Virus record (IMG/VR): IMGVR_UViG_3300029258_001887
DNA from: a virus
Length of the DNA stretch: 64,000 nt
Strand: one strand, 5' to 3'
Part shown: in pieces, positions 1 through 10,273 of the stretch
Layout of the letters: every line of letters starts with the position of its first letter
How positions within the stretch are numbered: the first letter of the stretch is position 1
Program-made: the position numbers and the translations under genes
The notes under the pieces: model-generated
Told to the model about the DNA's origin: nothing
The model's database searches: none
Seen by the model: only the letters and a program-made list of their open reading frames with translations

Positions 1-1561
1 AGTTCGATGGGTTTTCTGCTGGCTTGTCCTGGATCATATCGTACAGATACATCCACATACGAGGATTCTTCTCGTCGATCCATTCCACCTCTTCCCTCAT
101 CATGTCTGTGAATTCGACCTTCCCCTGCTTCATCCGTCTGGCTAGGTGCGTAGCCACCGCCTTCCGCTCGGCATCTGTGTCACGAGTATGCAACATCTCA
201 AAGTTGTCGGACATCCATGACATGAAATCCGTCTGCCCGACATCAAAGTGGGGAGGGATATTCCTGCTCATATTGTAGAATCGTTCAAAGTACAGCCCGT
301 ATTCGATTGGATCGATGCCTGTAATTCCCGTCAGATAGTTGACCAGTGAGCCAGCACCAGAACCTCGCCCCTTACCTCGGGGGCCATTCCTTTCGTCCAC
401 AAAGCGGCACGCATCCCACACGATAAGAAAGTAGTCAGCCAGTCCGGCTTCCATGATGACAATGAGTTCCCTCTGTAGGCGTTCCCAATAGGTTCGCTTC
501 TGCTGTGCGTCGAGATGTGCCAATTTCGTCTTAGCACCCTCGATACATAGGTGTTTTAGATATTCATTCGAATCGAGGCCAAGGGTCTTTGACTCTTCGT
601 TGGTGAAAATCGGGAGATAAGGATTGTGGCCCAGAGATGAATATTCGATCTGATCGGCAATGTCTAGTGTGGTCTGTAGTTCTGCCTCGGTGAAGTGTTT
701 TCTCATCTCGTCATAGGACGGGATGTAGTACCTATCCGAAACCATGAAATCCATAACGTCGCCGGTCTGTTGCAGTTTGCGCTCCTGCTCTTCTTTGGTC
801 GTGTGTAGCTGTGCATACAACAAGAGTCTCTGGTCCTCAGCCTCTTGTTGCTTGCAATAGTGTGCATCGATGGTGGCTACGGTTGGTACTCCCGTTTCTT
901 CACTGAGTTCCCGCAGACACTCGACGACCAGCGTTTGAATACCCATACCTTCATCTTGTAGCTCAAGATAATAGTTGCCCTTGCCGAATGTGGCTAGGTG
1001 CTTGTGGATGATAGCTTTGCCAACGTCCTTCCAGTTGGGTCGCAGATACTTCCTTGCCCCGCTGGCGTTGCCATTCCTGCCTGCTATGATTGCTGTACGA
1101 AAATCTGTAAACAATGCCATCGGCAATTCGCCTGCGATACATGCGGTGAGGAAAATCAGATTGCCACGCTTGGCAAACGGGGCAATACCAGCGAGGTGGA
1201 TACGTGGTCTGCGGTAGAAATAATCTGGTCTATTTGATTCGCTGACCAGAGCCATCAGGTCTTTGATTCCCTGATCGTTTCTGGCGAGAACAATTAGGTG
1301 GTGTCGCCTGTTGTTGTCAGAGTTCTTGATATCTGCCTCTTTTTCGCAGACATACATTTCACACCCGATAATGGGTTTGACTTTCTTTTTCTTGGCAGCA
1401 TCATAGAAGACTTTCATGCCAGCAATATTGCCGTGGTCAGTCAGTGCGCACGCCGGTAACCCAAGCTCGGCACATCGGGCCACAATGTCCTTGGGCGAAC
1501 AGAGTCCGTCCAATAGACTGTAGAAACTGTGAACATGAAGGGGCGCATATGTCTTACTCAT
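1..1561 (-). CDS. dnaE: DNA polymerase III alpha subunit, N-terminal part (runs off window edge)
   Basis: Manual translation: MSKTYAPLHVHSFYSLLDG, CALTDHGN, KPIIGCE (PHP domain), then YFLIVWD, GRGSGAGSLVNYLTGITGIDP and FERF. Absent from the ORF track, presumably because its stop lies outside the window. Confidence 0.95.
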   Translation of the reverse strand, partial: MSKTYAPLHVHSFYSLLDGLCSPKDIVARCAELGLPACALTDHGNIAGMKVFYDAAKKKKVKPIIGCEMYVCEKEADIKNSDNNRRHHLIVLARNDQGIKDLMALVSESNRPDYFYRRPRIHLAGIAPFAKRGNLIFLTACIAGELPMALFTDFRTAIIAGRNGNASGARKYLRPNWKDVGKAIIHKHLATFGKGNYYLELQDEGMGIQTLVVECLRELSEETGVPTVATIDAHYCKQQEAEDQRLLLYAQLHTTKEEQERKLQQTGDVMDFMVSDRYYIPSYDEMRKHFTEAELQTTLDIADQIEYSSLGHNPYLPIFTNEESKTLGLDSNEYLKHLCIEGAKTKLAHLDAQQKRTYWERLQRELIVIMEAGLADYFLIVWDACRFVDERNGPRGKGRGSGAGSLVNYLTGITGIDPIEYGLYFERFYNMSRNIPPHFDVGQTDFMSWMSDNFEMLHTRDTDAERKAVATHLARRMKQGKVEFTDMMREEVEWIDEKNPRMWMYLYDMIQDKPAENPSN

Positions 1562-1562
1562 C

Positions 1563-2510
1563 TTATGCCTCCGCTGGTTGACCGAGAGCTAACTGGCTTT
1601 CGCAATCCAGATTAGCGTAACGATCCTCTACGTATTCGCCGCCTAGTGTGTGTAGATCGCTCCACACACGGTGGCAGACGCCGTTTTTGTTGAAGTTACA
1701 CATTCGGCAAGTCCACCAACGATTACGTCTCATCAGGGTATCCTGTCGGATGGTTGTAAAGAAGCGGTGGAGTGCCGCTATTGTCATAGCAACATCTTCC
1801 TGGGACAAAGCAATGGTGACGGGGCCACCGTCATTGGTATAATAGAAGGTAATCAATATGTTTTTGTACTTTGGATAGAGGAAGTATGCTGCCAAGTGGT
1901 ACAACCTCGGCTGAACCTCCCTCATAAGCAAAGCTTCGTCGATGGGCTGTTGAGTGTAGAAATCTTTCCTGCTGCCTGTTTTCCAGTCTACAATCTCGAT
2001 GGTATCGGCGTCAATCTCGTGTACAAGGTCGATAAAACCACGCACGGTGAACTGGTGCAGTTTGCCATCTTTGTCGAGGCATTGCCATTCGTCGCCCGGC
2101 ATTTCAAGCGCAAACCACCGCTCGGCGTCAACCACATTGGGCAATTGATATGGATTGTAATATGGATCAGCCAACACTGTTTCTAGGGCGACCCGGCACT
2201 TCTTGAAGTCAGCCGCTTCTTTGAAGTCACCCGTATCTTTGTCTATGCGGGTGGTTACTTTGCGAATTTCGATATCTGATTTAGCCGTCAGTTCATCCCA
2301 CGCTCTATTGAGCAACCACATCGGGTCAACGTTCGTCTTGCCTCGCTTGCGCAGCTTAATCATCCACTCCAGAGCTTGGTGAACGATGCTCCCCTGGAGT
2401 GCCGCCTTGCCCGCTCTCGATTCCATGCCAAGAATATACTGCATGAAATACGAGAAGGGGCAATGGTTGTACAACCCAATTGCACTAGCGCTGCATTTAA
2501 CTACCCGCAT
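1563..2510 (-). CDS. Cas4/RecB-like PD-(D/E)XK exonuclease with 4-Cys cluster motif
   Basis: CP..Y near the N-terminus, GSIVH, GFID..IVDWKTG, Q...Y, C-terminal CRMC......C. Likely start MRVVKCS at 2510. Confidence 0.85.
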   Translation of the reverse strand: MRVVKCSASAIGLYNHCPFSYFMQYILGMESRAGKAALQGSIVHQALEWMIKLRKRGKTNVDPMWLLNRAWDELTAKSDIEIRKVTTRIDKDTGDFKEAADFKKCRVALETVLADPYYNPYQLPNVVDAERWFALEMPGDEWQCLDKDGKLHQFTVRGFIDLVHEIDADTIEIVDWKTGSRKDFYTQQPIDEALLMREVQPRLYHLAAYFLYPKYKNILITFYYTNDGGPVTIALSQEDVAMTIAALHRFFTTIRQDTLMRRNRWWTCRMCNFNKNGVCHRVWSDLHTLGGEYVEDRYANLDCESQLALGQPAEA

Positions 2511-2898
2511 TGTCCTTCCCCTGCCGATTACGGTGAGCAAACCATTCCTTGACTCGCGGGGTGATGTCGTCCAAATCATCTCTGCCGCACTCCTGGAAAT
2601 GCATGATAGAATTGGCGTTGAAAACCACCGCCGCCAGATGGTCTTCGTCGGTTTCCCCTCGTTCAAAAGCGGCTACGTGCCTTTTCAGACTCGCCAAGAA
2701 CCGACTGAACGGCATTCCCTTCGCCCAGTTCCACTCGTCGTACTTTTTCGCACCGCCGCCATAGTGCAGGGCAACTCGTTGTTCTGCCAGCGGTGGTATT
2801 AAGTCAAACCGTGGTTTCCCATCATCGGTGTCACGAACTGCTCCACCATCGAAATTCTGTCGCTCCCCAGAATCTTTGATTTCAAACTGCTTCGCCAT
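2497..2898 (-). CDS. dATP/dGTP diphosphohydrolase domain protein (DUF5664-like)
   Basis: GAVRD..GKPRFDLIP, GAKKY..WNW.KG, SLKRH and EDHLAA motifs. Confidence 0.8.
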   Translation of the reverse strand: MAKQFEIKDSGERQNFDGGAVRDTDDGKPRFDLIPPLAEQRVALHYGGGAKKYDEWNWAKGMPFSRFLASLKRHVAAFERGETDEDHLAAVVFNANSIMHFQECGRDDLDDITPRVKEWFAHRNRQGKDNAGS

Positions 2899-4054
2899 CT
2901 ACGTTCTCCACTGCGTAACCGTCAGAGAGCATTGCTGCTCTCGACGCCTTTTCCAGAATAGGACCAATCTTTGCCGCAATATCATCGGCAAACATATCAC
3001 CAACATCGTTCACGGTATCCGGTGTCACACAGAACACGCGAAAATAGTGAGTCAAGTCTCTCTCCAGTTTCCTCATTGCTTCCTGACCAGCCTCATCGTT
3101 GTCGAATGTGCAAACAACCGTTAGCGCCCCAGCATTCTGGAGCATCAGTCGTTGCTGCTTTGACATATTGAGACCCAACAGGGCAACACTGTTCCGAATG
3201 CCAGCCGCTTCGTATGCCCACACGTCTCCCGGCCCTTCACACAGAATGGCCGTGCCAGTTTTGCTTATGAATGGCTTGGCATACCATAGATTGTACAGAC
3301 ACAATTCACCACGGAAATCCTTAGAGTGCTTCCATTTGGTGTACACACCACCATACTGCGGATCAGGGCACGATGGCCGTTCTGGATGGTGATGCATACC
3401 GCACTTTGTACACTTATCGTAGATACTTCTCCCCGACCACCCCATTACGTATCGCCCAGTCGCATCCAAAATCGGGAAGAAAGCCCTTTTGTACATTGGC
3501 TTCCCCTTGGTGTTGCAAAACGATACATGATAGCGAGCTATGATTTCAGGCGAAACACCACGGTTCGGGTAGTATACCTGATCGGCTTTTAGGTGTGGCA
3601 GCATGGTAGCCAACGGGACACCTTGTCCCTGCGTGGCAGATTGTTTTTTGCGGTGTTGCTTTATGATCTTCGCAATCTCTATATCTTGAGCGGTCGCCGC
3701 ATCTCCACTACACTGTTCGAGCCCCAATACTTGGACCACGAAGTTTACGGCTTGCTTGAAGCCCCACTCTTTTCCTGTCTTGCGGGTCATGGCACCACGC
3801 ACAAGCCCGAAAACACTGCTCGACGGACCAGTAATGGGGTCGCAATGACACCCTCTGGTTTTACACTGCCAATGGCTGGACCGGATAGCCCAGAACATAG
3901 CCCTCTGATTGTCCCCCTCGTGGACGGGACAAGCGGCCTGTAGATAATCGTGCCGTTCAACGTAGTCGATACCGAGTGCGTCGAACACTTCGGTTATTCT
4001 CTCGCAGGCACGAGCCTGGATGAACGGAATGTCTTTGGAGCTAAACCGCCTCAT
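2882..4054 (-). CDS. DNA primase (Zn finger + TOPRIM)
   Basis: CPVH...C..GC N-terminal Zn finger, FPI..GWSGR, LCEGPGD, FDNDEAG TOPRIM motifs. Adjacent to the helicase. Confidence 0.88.
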   Translation of the reverse strand: MRRFSSKDIPFIQARACERITEVFDALGIDYVERHDYLQAACPVHEGDNQRAMFWAIRSSHWQCKTRGCHCDPITGPSSSVFGLVRGAMTRKTGKEWGFKQAVNFVVQVLGLEQCSGDAATAQDIEIAKIIKQHRKKQSATQGQGVPLATMLPHLKADQVYYPNRGVSPEIIARYHVSFCNTKGKPMYKRAFFPILDATGRYVMGWSGRSIYDKCTKCGMHHHPERPSCPDPQYGGVYTKWKHSKDFRGELCLYNLWYAKPFISKTGTAILCEGPGDVWAYEAAGIRNSVALLGLNMSKQQRLMLQNAGALTVVCTFDNDEAGQEAMRKLERDLTHYFRVFCVTPDTVNDVGDMFADDIAAKIGPILEKASRAAMLSDGYAVENVDGEAV

Positions 4055-5483
4055 TCGCCTGATTCTCCAAAGCCGATTGTGTCACCATCGAGAATGGTTT
4101 TCCCTCAGACAGCTTGCCCACTTCAAGCTTGTCTACAACATTGATGTATTCGCCGCTTTCCATGCCAGCACCGAATCTGGTATCCGTGACCACCAATTTC
4201 TTGGTACCGTTCGACGGCGGGTCTTCGTTGAGTTCAGTCTGAATCTTTTTCTTGAGAATTGTGAAATTGGAACACAACCACACAATTCTATCAGACCCGG
4301 AGACCACTTCGGCCCCTTCTTTTTCAACGCCATCTCTGTTAAGCTGCACTGTTGCCAACACGGGGAGTTTGAACTTCACGGCAAAGTTGTGCAGAGCAGT
4401 AACAAGGAAACCAAGCAACTGATATTCTTGTAGGTTGTTTTTGAATCCACCGTCATCCATCAGCTTCAGATAGTCATAAACAATGAGACACGGCTTAGCC
4501 GCCCCACTACTGGTGAATCCCACGGTCTTGGACAACCATCTTCTAGCAATGGACATGATGGCGTGTGGAGCTAGACCGGCCACCGAGAAGTGATCGATGG
4601 GAAGTCCCTCAATGTGCTCTTGGCAACCCCAGATAGCTTCCGATTCATGAGGGTTACCAGCAAACTGACCCGTTTCCACATGGTTCAAATCTACGCCCGA
4701 CACCAAAGAGGTGAGGCGATGCAATTGGGTATCGCTTGTAAGCTCCGTGTCTAGATACAGTACCGGAATACCATTCTCCGCAACATTGCGTGCTACGTTA
4801 ATACAGAAGAACGACTTACCCTGTTTGGGGCGTGCCCCTACAACGTTCACCGTGGCCGGTCTTAAGCCGCCGCCTATTGCCGTATCCCACGCTGGAAACC
4901 CGGTTGGTAGTCCGATGATGTCTTGTGGGGTTTCGGATAATGCCGCCATCACATTCTTGAATCTTTGTCCCAGAGAGACTACGCCTGCGCCTTGAGATAC
5001 AATTTGGCCGGTGAACTCAAATATCGGTTCTTCGATTTGACCGATGATGGTATCTACATCTTCTGCGCCGGTGACTTTCCTGAGATTGTTCTGTACTGCT
5101 TTTGCTGCAAGGTAACCACGGCGAGCTAATGATAGCTTGTAAACTGCGACGACAAGTGATCGAACGTTATCTTTGGACGAACCCACCTCTTCAACGACGG
5201 CATCGAGGTACTCAGAGTGCTTGCCGCCGCTGACAAAATCGTTGTGTCCTAGCACTTTAGCCGCTGTTTGTATATTGGGAATGTCGAACGTTTTGGCATC
5301 TTCATGGTGTACCAAGTGAGATAGGATGTTGAATAATTCTTGGTTGCAAGGCCAATAGAAGTCCTTGACACCAAGGATGTCTTCAACCTCAAAGAAACAG
5401 TCGGCACCATGCGTGGTTATCCCGGCTAGGACTGCACGCTCCATGCCCGCATCTTGTAGAATTGCGTTTGCCTTTGCGCCCAT
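4041..5483 (-). CDS. dnaB: Replicative DNA helicase, DnaB family
   Basis: GLPTGF, Walker A GARPKQGKS, VYDYLKLM, QLNR. Confidence 0.92.
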   Translation of the reverse strand: MGAKANAILQDAGMERAVLAGITTHGADCFFEVEDILGVKDFYWPCNQELFNILSHLVHHEDAKTFDIPNIQTAAKVLGHNDFVSGGKHSEYLDAVVEEVGSSKDNVRSLVVAVYKLSLARRGYLAAKAVQNNLRKVTGAEDVDTIIGQIEEPIFEFTGQIVSQGAGVVSLGQRFKNVMAALSETPQDIIGLPTGFPAWDTAIGGGLRPATVNVVGARPKQGKSFFCINVARNVAENGIPVLYLDTELTSDTQLHRLTSLVSGVDLNHVETGQFAGNPHESEAIWGCQEHIEGLPIDHFSVAGLAPHAIMSIARRWLSKTVGFTSSGAAKPCLIVYDYLKLMDDGGFKNNLQEYQLLGFLVTALHNFAVKFKLPVLATVQLNRDGVEKEGAEVVSGSDRIVWLCSNFTILKKKIQTELNEDPPSNGTKKLVVTDTRFGAGMESGEYINVVDKLEVGKLSEGKPFSMVTQSALENQANEAV

Positions 5484-6064
5484 TAAGAGAACCTACTCTT
5501 CTTTTCCTTGAGACACGAAGGACACTTCTGTCCCATCTCACCACTTTGACGATCAGATTCGAACTGTTCTCCGCATTCGTTGCACTTGACCTTGTATTTG
5601 CGCGCGGCTTTGCGACCCAGTTGGGCTTTGTTCCTCTGTGCTTTCTCGGCCTTCGCCTTGTTCTTTTCCACCTCATCCGGGTCAGGCTCGTTGGTAATCA
5701 ATCGAGTGCCACCGGTTTCCTTCTGCACCGCCGTTTTCTTATTATCGTCCAACTGGAGTGTCGGATCATCTTCTTCGGCGGTGGTTTTCTTCTTCTTTTT
5801 CTTCCCACTCCCCTTGGGACGACCTCGCTTCTTTTTCTTCGGCTCAGGTTCGACAGTGGTTGATTGAACCACGGTTTCCCCCTCCGGGAGAATCTCGGAA
5901 GCGATAGCGACTATCTGCTGTAGAACTTCATGGGCCTTCCGCACTTCTCCAGGTCGTTCGACCGGCAAGGGCAGGGCAGTGCCCGTCAGCCGTTCATACC
6001 CCTCACAGACCTTTTCCCAGTCACCTTCTTTAATTCCCTCTTCGATGTATTCGAGTGGACTCAT
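5483..6064 (-). CDS. Hypothetical protein with Lys-rich/AT-hook-like segment and C-terminal Zn ribbon
   Basis: KKKKRGRPKG; CNEC...CPSC. Abuts neighbours in an operon. Confidence 0.6.
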   Translation of the reverse strand: MSPLEYIEEGIKEGDWEKVCEGYERLTGTALPLPVERPGEVRKAHEVLQQIVAIASEILPEGETVVQSTTVEPEPKKKKRGRPKGSGKKKKKKTTAEEDDPTLQLDDNKKTAVQKETGGTRLITNEPDPDEVEKNKAKAEKAQRNKAQLGRKAARKYKVKCNECGEQFESDRQSGEMGQKCPSCLKEKKSRFS

Positions 6065-6480
6065 CGGTTGCTCCCTTCATTGTATCTCGCACGGACTAAG
6101 CCGCCGATGCTCTGTCCCACCAGTTCTATCCGACGAGCGAGATATTGTATCCGCTCTAGCCTCAGTTCAGCCTGTCGTACCCATTGGTTCAGCTTCGGGC
6201 GATCATCTCCGAGCAAACGGTTCATCACCTGACCGGCCCACTTGATGAATGTCTGACACTCATTGGCTTTCTGTTGCAGGAACAAGGCATATTGGGCCAG
6301 GAGGACCGTATCCTCAGATAGCTGGACCGACGATCTTTCTCTAAGTGCGTCTCTCGTAAACTCAAGGATAGCTTCGATCTCTGTATTGGACGGTTGATGC
6401 TGTGGCAATCCAAGTGCCACAATCCACTTATCAAGCTGGTCTCTGTATGCCGTTGTTTCATCGCTCAGTTTACTCATCAT
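6061..6480 (-). CDS. Hypothetical helical protein
   Basis: ORF overlapping both neighbours. Confidence 0.55.
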   Translation of the reverse strand: MMSKLSDETTAYRDQLDKWIVALGLPQHQPSNTEIEAILEFTRDALRERSSVQLSEDTVLLAQYALFLQQKANECQTFIKWAGQVMNRLLGDDRPKLNQWVRQAELRLERIQYLARRIELVGQSIGGLVRARYNEGSNR

Positions 6481-6829
6481 AAATCTCGACAAGCCGGAAT
6501 CCGTTCAGTTCGCACCAGTCCCGCTTCCTCTGGTCGGTATCTTGCTGATTGTGAAAATCTACTTTGGTCTTGTGGAAGTGTGGTACGTGTTCGGTGTGCT
6601 GTCGTCCATGACATTCAACCACCAAATCCAGCGACGGGATAAAAAAGTCCAATATGAATCCATCGCCCGGTACTCGCACTTCCTCGAAAATCATGTCGTG
6701 GGGGTACTCAGCCACCAATCGCTGTCCCACCTCATACTGAAATTGCGACTTCGATTTCCCTTTGGTTCGAAGCCGCTTATTGCTTAGGCGTAGCTTAGCG
6801 GTGCCACCCTTGAGTAGTCGTACTTCCAT
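6470..6829 (-). CDS. Small PD-(D/E)XK endonuclease (DUF559/Vsr-like)
   Basis: LDFFIP..LVVECHGRQH, D.RK..WC..NGFRL. Confidence 0.75.
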   Translation of the reverse strand: MEVRLLKGGTAKLRLSNKRLRTKGKSKSQFQYEVGQRLVAEYPHDMIFEEVRVPGDGFILDFFIPSLDLVVECHGRQHTEHVPHFHKTKVDFHNQQDTDQRKRDWCELNGFRLVEIYDE

Positions 6830-6830
6830 G

Positions 6831-7385
6831 TCACACCGGAATATCTTGGCCGTTGAATCTTGTTGTGACTCCAACAACTCCATCATACAAGTCGCACTGC
6901 ACTCCAGCCTCATGTAATACGTCCCATGCATCAGTAATAGACTTCACCCAGGTAGTGTGTGCCGATGCAAGCGCCATCAGTTGGGCGTGACCTACCACCC
7001 TGATTACACCGCCTTGAACAATCGCTTTGGCACATTCCGAACATGCATAGAATGGGCAGTATAGTGTTGCACCATGCACTACCTTTCCGTGTCGGGCTGC
7101 GTTGAAGATTGCTCCGTTTTCTGCATGAACAACCAGCCGATACTTGGTCTCTTTGTCTGTCAGACGCTTTTCGGTTTCGGCGACACCGGTCGGGAAACGA
7201 TTAACCCCATACGTTAACACATTCCCGTCTCTGCCGATTAAGACAGCGCCATTTTTTGTACTCGGATCGGGACTGGTTTCGTTGGCATGTTGATATGCCT
7301 CACTCAACAGCCTTCGGTCGGTCTCGCTCGTTGTTAGCGTTAGGGGGCGAGGCAACCATTCCAACCCTTTTCGGATATCACTCAT
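6831..7385 (-). CDS. dCMP deaminase
   Basis: SPDPSTKNGA, HAE, CSEC zinc motif. Confidence 0.9.
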   Translation of the reverse strand: MSDIRKGLEWLPRPLTLTTSETDRRLLSEAYQHANETSPDPSTKNGAVLIGRDGNVLTYGVNRFPTGVAETEKRLTDKETKYRLVVHAENGAIFNAARHGKVVHGATLYCPFYACSECAKAIVQGGVIRVVGHAQLMALASAHTTWVKSITDAWDVLHEAGVQCDLYDGVVGVTTRFNGQDIPV

Positions 7386-8427
7386 CTTCCTTTTCCTGCG
7401 GGAGCACAACGTCCCTTATCTCCGCTTCAAGCTGTTTCAGCTTGTCCGGGTGCTCTTTGAGGAAATTCGACAACCGAGCAAGCCCCTGGAATTTTGGTGG
7501 GTCACCTTCCCCGGCGAACATTGGGATTGAATACCATGCACCCGCCTTTTCAATCAACCCCAAATTTTCGGCTGTGATTACGATATCCTTGACCACATCG
7601 ATTCCTATGCCGTATCGCAACGGGAGGACGCATGGCAACAGCGGTCTTCCCATTGCTGATGATTGCACTGTGATGTGCATATCATGTCCATCGGGTGCGT
7701 TTGTTTCTGTGTTCCTTTCCCACTGTTGGGTCCAGGTAACTTTCAGCCAGACAGAACATGCATACTGAACAGCTACGCCACCCTTTTCGACGTACTTTGG
7801 GCCGCGTGGTTCACGGTTGCTCATCATCTGAGAGATGAAAATCAAAATCACGTCTTGTGCATCGACCATCTGTTGTGCCCGCCTGAAGAACGCGGACAAC
7901 AACTTAGCTGGACCAGCCATGTCTTTGCTGGAGCCGATCTGTTCTTCCTGTTCTGTCATTGTCGAAAGTGCGGCGATACTGTCAACAACAATGACCGCCT
8001 TCTTTTGTGTCTTGGCGATACGTTCGATGATATTCAGATAGTCTTCGGCAGTGAGCGGCTTGTCTATTTGATGGGGTACAACCTGGAGTTTCGCTGGGTC
8101 TAATCCCTGGATAGTCGCCAGCAGTGCAGGGGTACATCTCTTTTCGATGTTGATGTAGAATGTCGGACGCTCTAGTATCTGGGCGTTTTTGAGTAGTTCG
8201 AGGCAAAGTGTTGTCTTGCCGCTTTTCGGTTTCCCCGTGATAAGACATATCGTGCCATCCGGGATTCCACCGCTGAGCGCAATATCCAGAGATAACGGGG
8301 TGTTTAACACACCTCTGGATCGTGGCGGCAGTGCTTCGGACGCTGGTGCTATAATGCCGTCGCCGTGCATACGTGTTAGAAAAGCATCTAATGATTCACT
8401 GTCTATCTTGGGTTTCCTCTTAGCCAT
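7378..8427 (-). CDS. recA: RecA/UvsX-like recombinase
   Basis: SLDIAL.GGIP.G, GKPKSGKTT, VVDSIAAL, IEKAGAWY. Confidence 0.9.
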   Translation of the reverse strand: MAKRKPKIDSESLDAFLTRMHGDGIIAPASEALPPRSRGVLNTPLSLDIALSGGIPDGTICLITGKPKSGKTTLCLELLKNAQILERPTFYINIEKRCTPALLATIQGLDPAKLQVVPHQIDKPLTAEDYLNIIERIAKTQKKAVIVVDSIAALSTMTEQEEQIGSSKDMAGPAKLLSAFFRRAQQMVDAQDVILIFISQMMSNREPRGPKYVEKGGVAVQYACSVWLKVTWTQQWERNTETNAPDGHDMHITVQSSAMGRPLLPCVLPLRYGIGIDVVKDIVITAENLGLIEKAGAWYSIPMFAGEGDPPKFQGLARLSNFLKEHPDKLKQLEAEIRDVVLPQEKEDE

Positions 8428-8890
8428 TCTCTGCTTCCCTCACCTTTGCTAACCTAGTCTTTTCTCCAGTGTCAACAAAGATGGCATTCTTTTTGGGATC
8501 AATCGGTGCTTGTGGCTGTTTTGTTGCTAGCGATGCACGATGTTCCTTGAGGTTTGCAAGGCGACCACGAGTCCATCGAACAACTTTGTCTTTTGTCTTC
8601 TTGGCCACCAATGCTTTAACGCGGTATTCTTTGATAACCTGGACCAATGCTGTTTGTGTCAAGGTGTCAGACAGGTCTAGCTCTTTGCCGAGATTAGCAA
8701 CGCCCCTAACCTCTCGTTTGTACTTCGGTGCCCAGTAACTTTGATCTGACCAAAATCTAGGACCGATTTTGGGATTGGTGTTGAGGCACACCAATTCGAT
8801 GATGTAATCACGGAATGCCACATACAGCCCCGGAGTAGTTGGGGATGCGTAGGGGTGCTTTTCGCTTTGTGGTTGGTGCCTTGCTGCCAT
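8420..8890 (-). CDS. Hypothetical protein
   Basis: Operon-packed ORF. Confidence 0.55.
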   Translation of the reverse strand: MAARHQPQSEKHPYASPTTPGLYVAFRDYIIELVCLNTNPKIGPRFWSDQSYWAPKYKREVRGVANLGKELDLSDTLTQTALVQVIKEYRVKALVAKKTKDKVVRWTRGRLANLKEHRASLATKQPQAPIDPKKNAIFVDTGEKTRLAKVREAENG

Positions 8891-9315
8891 TAACCATTCT
8901 GTATCAAAAGAAAACCAGCACTTTCCACAGTTCTTTCCTCGGTGAAAGAATGGTCAAACCTGGGTTGTCTATACCAAGCAACGTTGACCTTGCTTCCGTC
9001 GTAATAGCCTACACCGATGTAGTTGTACTGTGGGCCACCCCAAACGGCGTGTTGCTTCTGGCCGAAGAAGTATCCCTTCTGGCCCGGTGGCATCTTGATG
9101 TCTATCCCTCTTGGACCTTGGAGTCGCAGGCCAGTTATAGTAATCCCCTCGTTTGCTTCCAGCCATTGTGCAAGTCGAGCCCAGGCGTGCCTCTGGTTGG
9201 GACGATCATCTTGGATCACCGTCCGACCATCGGATAACGATGCCAAGAATCGCATCTTTGGTGTATACGGAACTGTGGTGAACGATACCAGATTGTCGTT
9301 AACTGTTTCACTCAT
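8890..9315 (-). CDS. Hypothetical protein
   Basis: Operon-packed ORF. Confidence 0.55.
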   Translation of the reverse strand: MSETVNDNLVSFTTVPYTPKMRFLASLSDGRTVIQDDRPNQRHAWARLAQWLEANEGITITGLRLQGPRGIDIKMPPGQKGYFFGQKQHAVWGGPQYNYIGVGYYDGSKVNVAWYRQPRFDHSFTEERTVESAGFLLIQNG

Positions 9316-9646
9316 TCTCCTGTCCTTTCTTGCGGTCTCCGTAGGGAGAACGATTCAACTGTTCATCAGCCCTCATGGATTCGCTAGGGGTCATTGCGTG
9401 GACACCCTTGCCAATGTCAAGAGCCCTATTGCGATCTGTGGGCTTGACACACAGCACTCGGTCGCTCATGTTGTCGGCGACTGGCTGTTCGGGTGTTTCA
9501 GCAACATCTCCAGCCACGAATGCATCGAATTTGGCACTCGCGGTATCCAAGAAAGCTTGCCGTGTCTTGGTTGTCCTGCGACCCAAATTCACCGTTGAAC
9601 TTTCCAGGAACGCCAAAAAGTCTGCCTTGAATTCATCGAAAGTCAT
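9308..9646 (-). CDS. Hypothetical protein
   Basis: Operon-packed ORF. Confidence 0.5.
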   Translation of the reverse strand: MTFDEFKADFLAFLESSTVNLGRRTTKTRQAFLDTASAKFDAFVAGDVAETPEQPVADNMSDRVLCVKPTDRNRALDIGKGVHAMTPSESMRADEQLNRSPYGDRKKGQENE

Positions 9647-9953
9647 TTCGAAATCTCCGTTGCGCCAAGAGGTATGGTGTCCTGTTCTTGCTGCGTAGGA
9701 AGGTGGTGTACTGCTGATAACACTCCTGGCTACATGTTCTCAGCCTCCAAAATAATCCGCCACGTTCTCTGTCCCGCTTGTGAATGTTGTCGTTGGTATC
9801 CAGTGGGTTGAACAAGTCACCGTCGTTGGAAGCGAGGACAAGATATCTCTCGCCCGACCATCGTGCCAACACATCGAAGTCTGGCTGGACACCCTTCTCT
9901 ATTTCGTGCGGTGTCCCGTTGATGTCAACGACGATTACTTTCATTTCTTCCAT
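9633..9953 (-). CDS. Hypothetical protein
   Basis: Operon-packed ORF. Confidence 0.5.
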   Translation of the reverse strand: MEEMKVIVVDINGTPHEIEKGVQPDFDVLARWSGERYLVLASNDGDLFNPLDTNDNIHKRDRERGGLFWRLRTCSQECYQQYTTFLRSKNRTPYLLAQRRFRNDFR

Positions 9954-10273
9954 GCCTTGAACAACACGTCGGCCTCTGGGGCACCAGTATCGTCGTCTGA
10001 TATGTCAAATGCCATGTCGTCACTTGGGGCACCGGGATAGAACTGTCCTGGCACCTGCTGGACATAGGAAAAGCCATTGCACAACCCACACTTGACCGCC
10101 ACCCTGGTCAAAACCTGGGCCTGCGTATCGCCCTTGATACTCGCCAGTTGCAGACACAACAGAGTTGTGCCGCAGTCGGCGCAATCAAGATTCACGATTC
10201 CCTCGTTTGCCAAACCCTTCAGTTCTCGGTCACGGCCATCGGTCTGTCCAGTGCGAATTTCCGACTTGTCCAT
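9941..10273 (-). CDS. Zn-ribbon protein
   Basis: CADC...CGLC. Confidence 0.55.
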   Translation of the reverse strand: MDKSEIRTGQTDGRDRELKGLANEGIVNLDCADCGTTLLCLQLASIKGDTQAQVLTRVAVKCGLCNGFSYVQQVPGQFYPGAPSDDMAFDISDDDTGAPEADVLFKAWKK

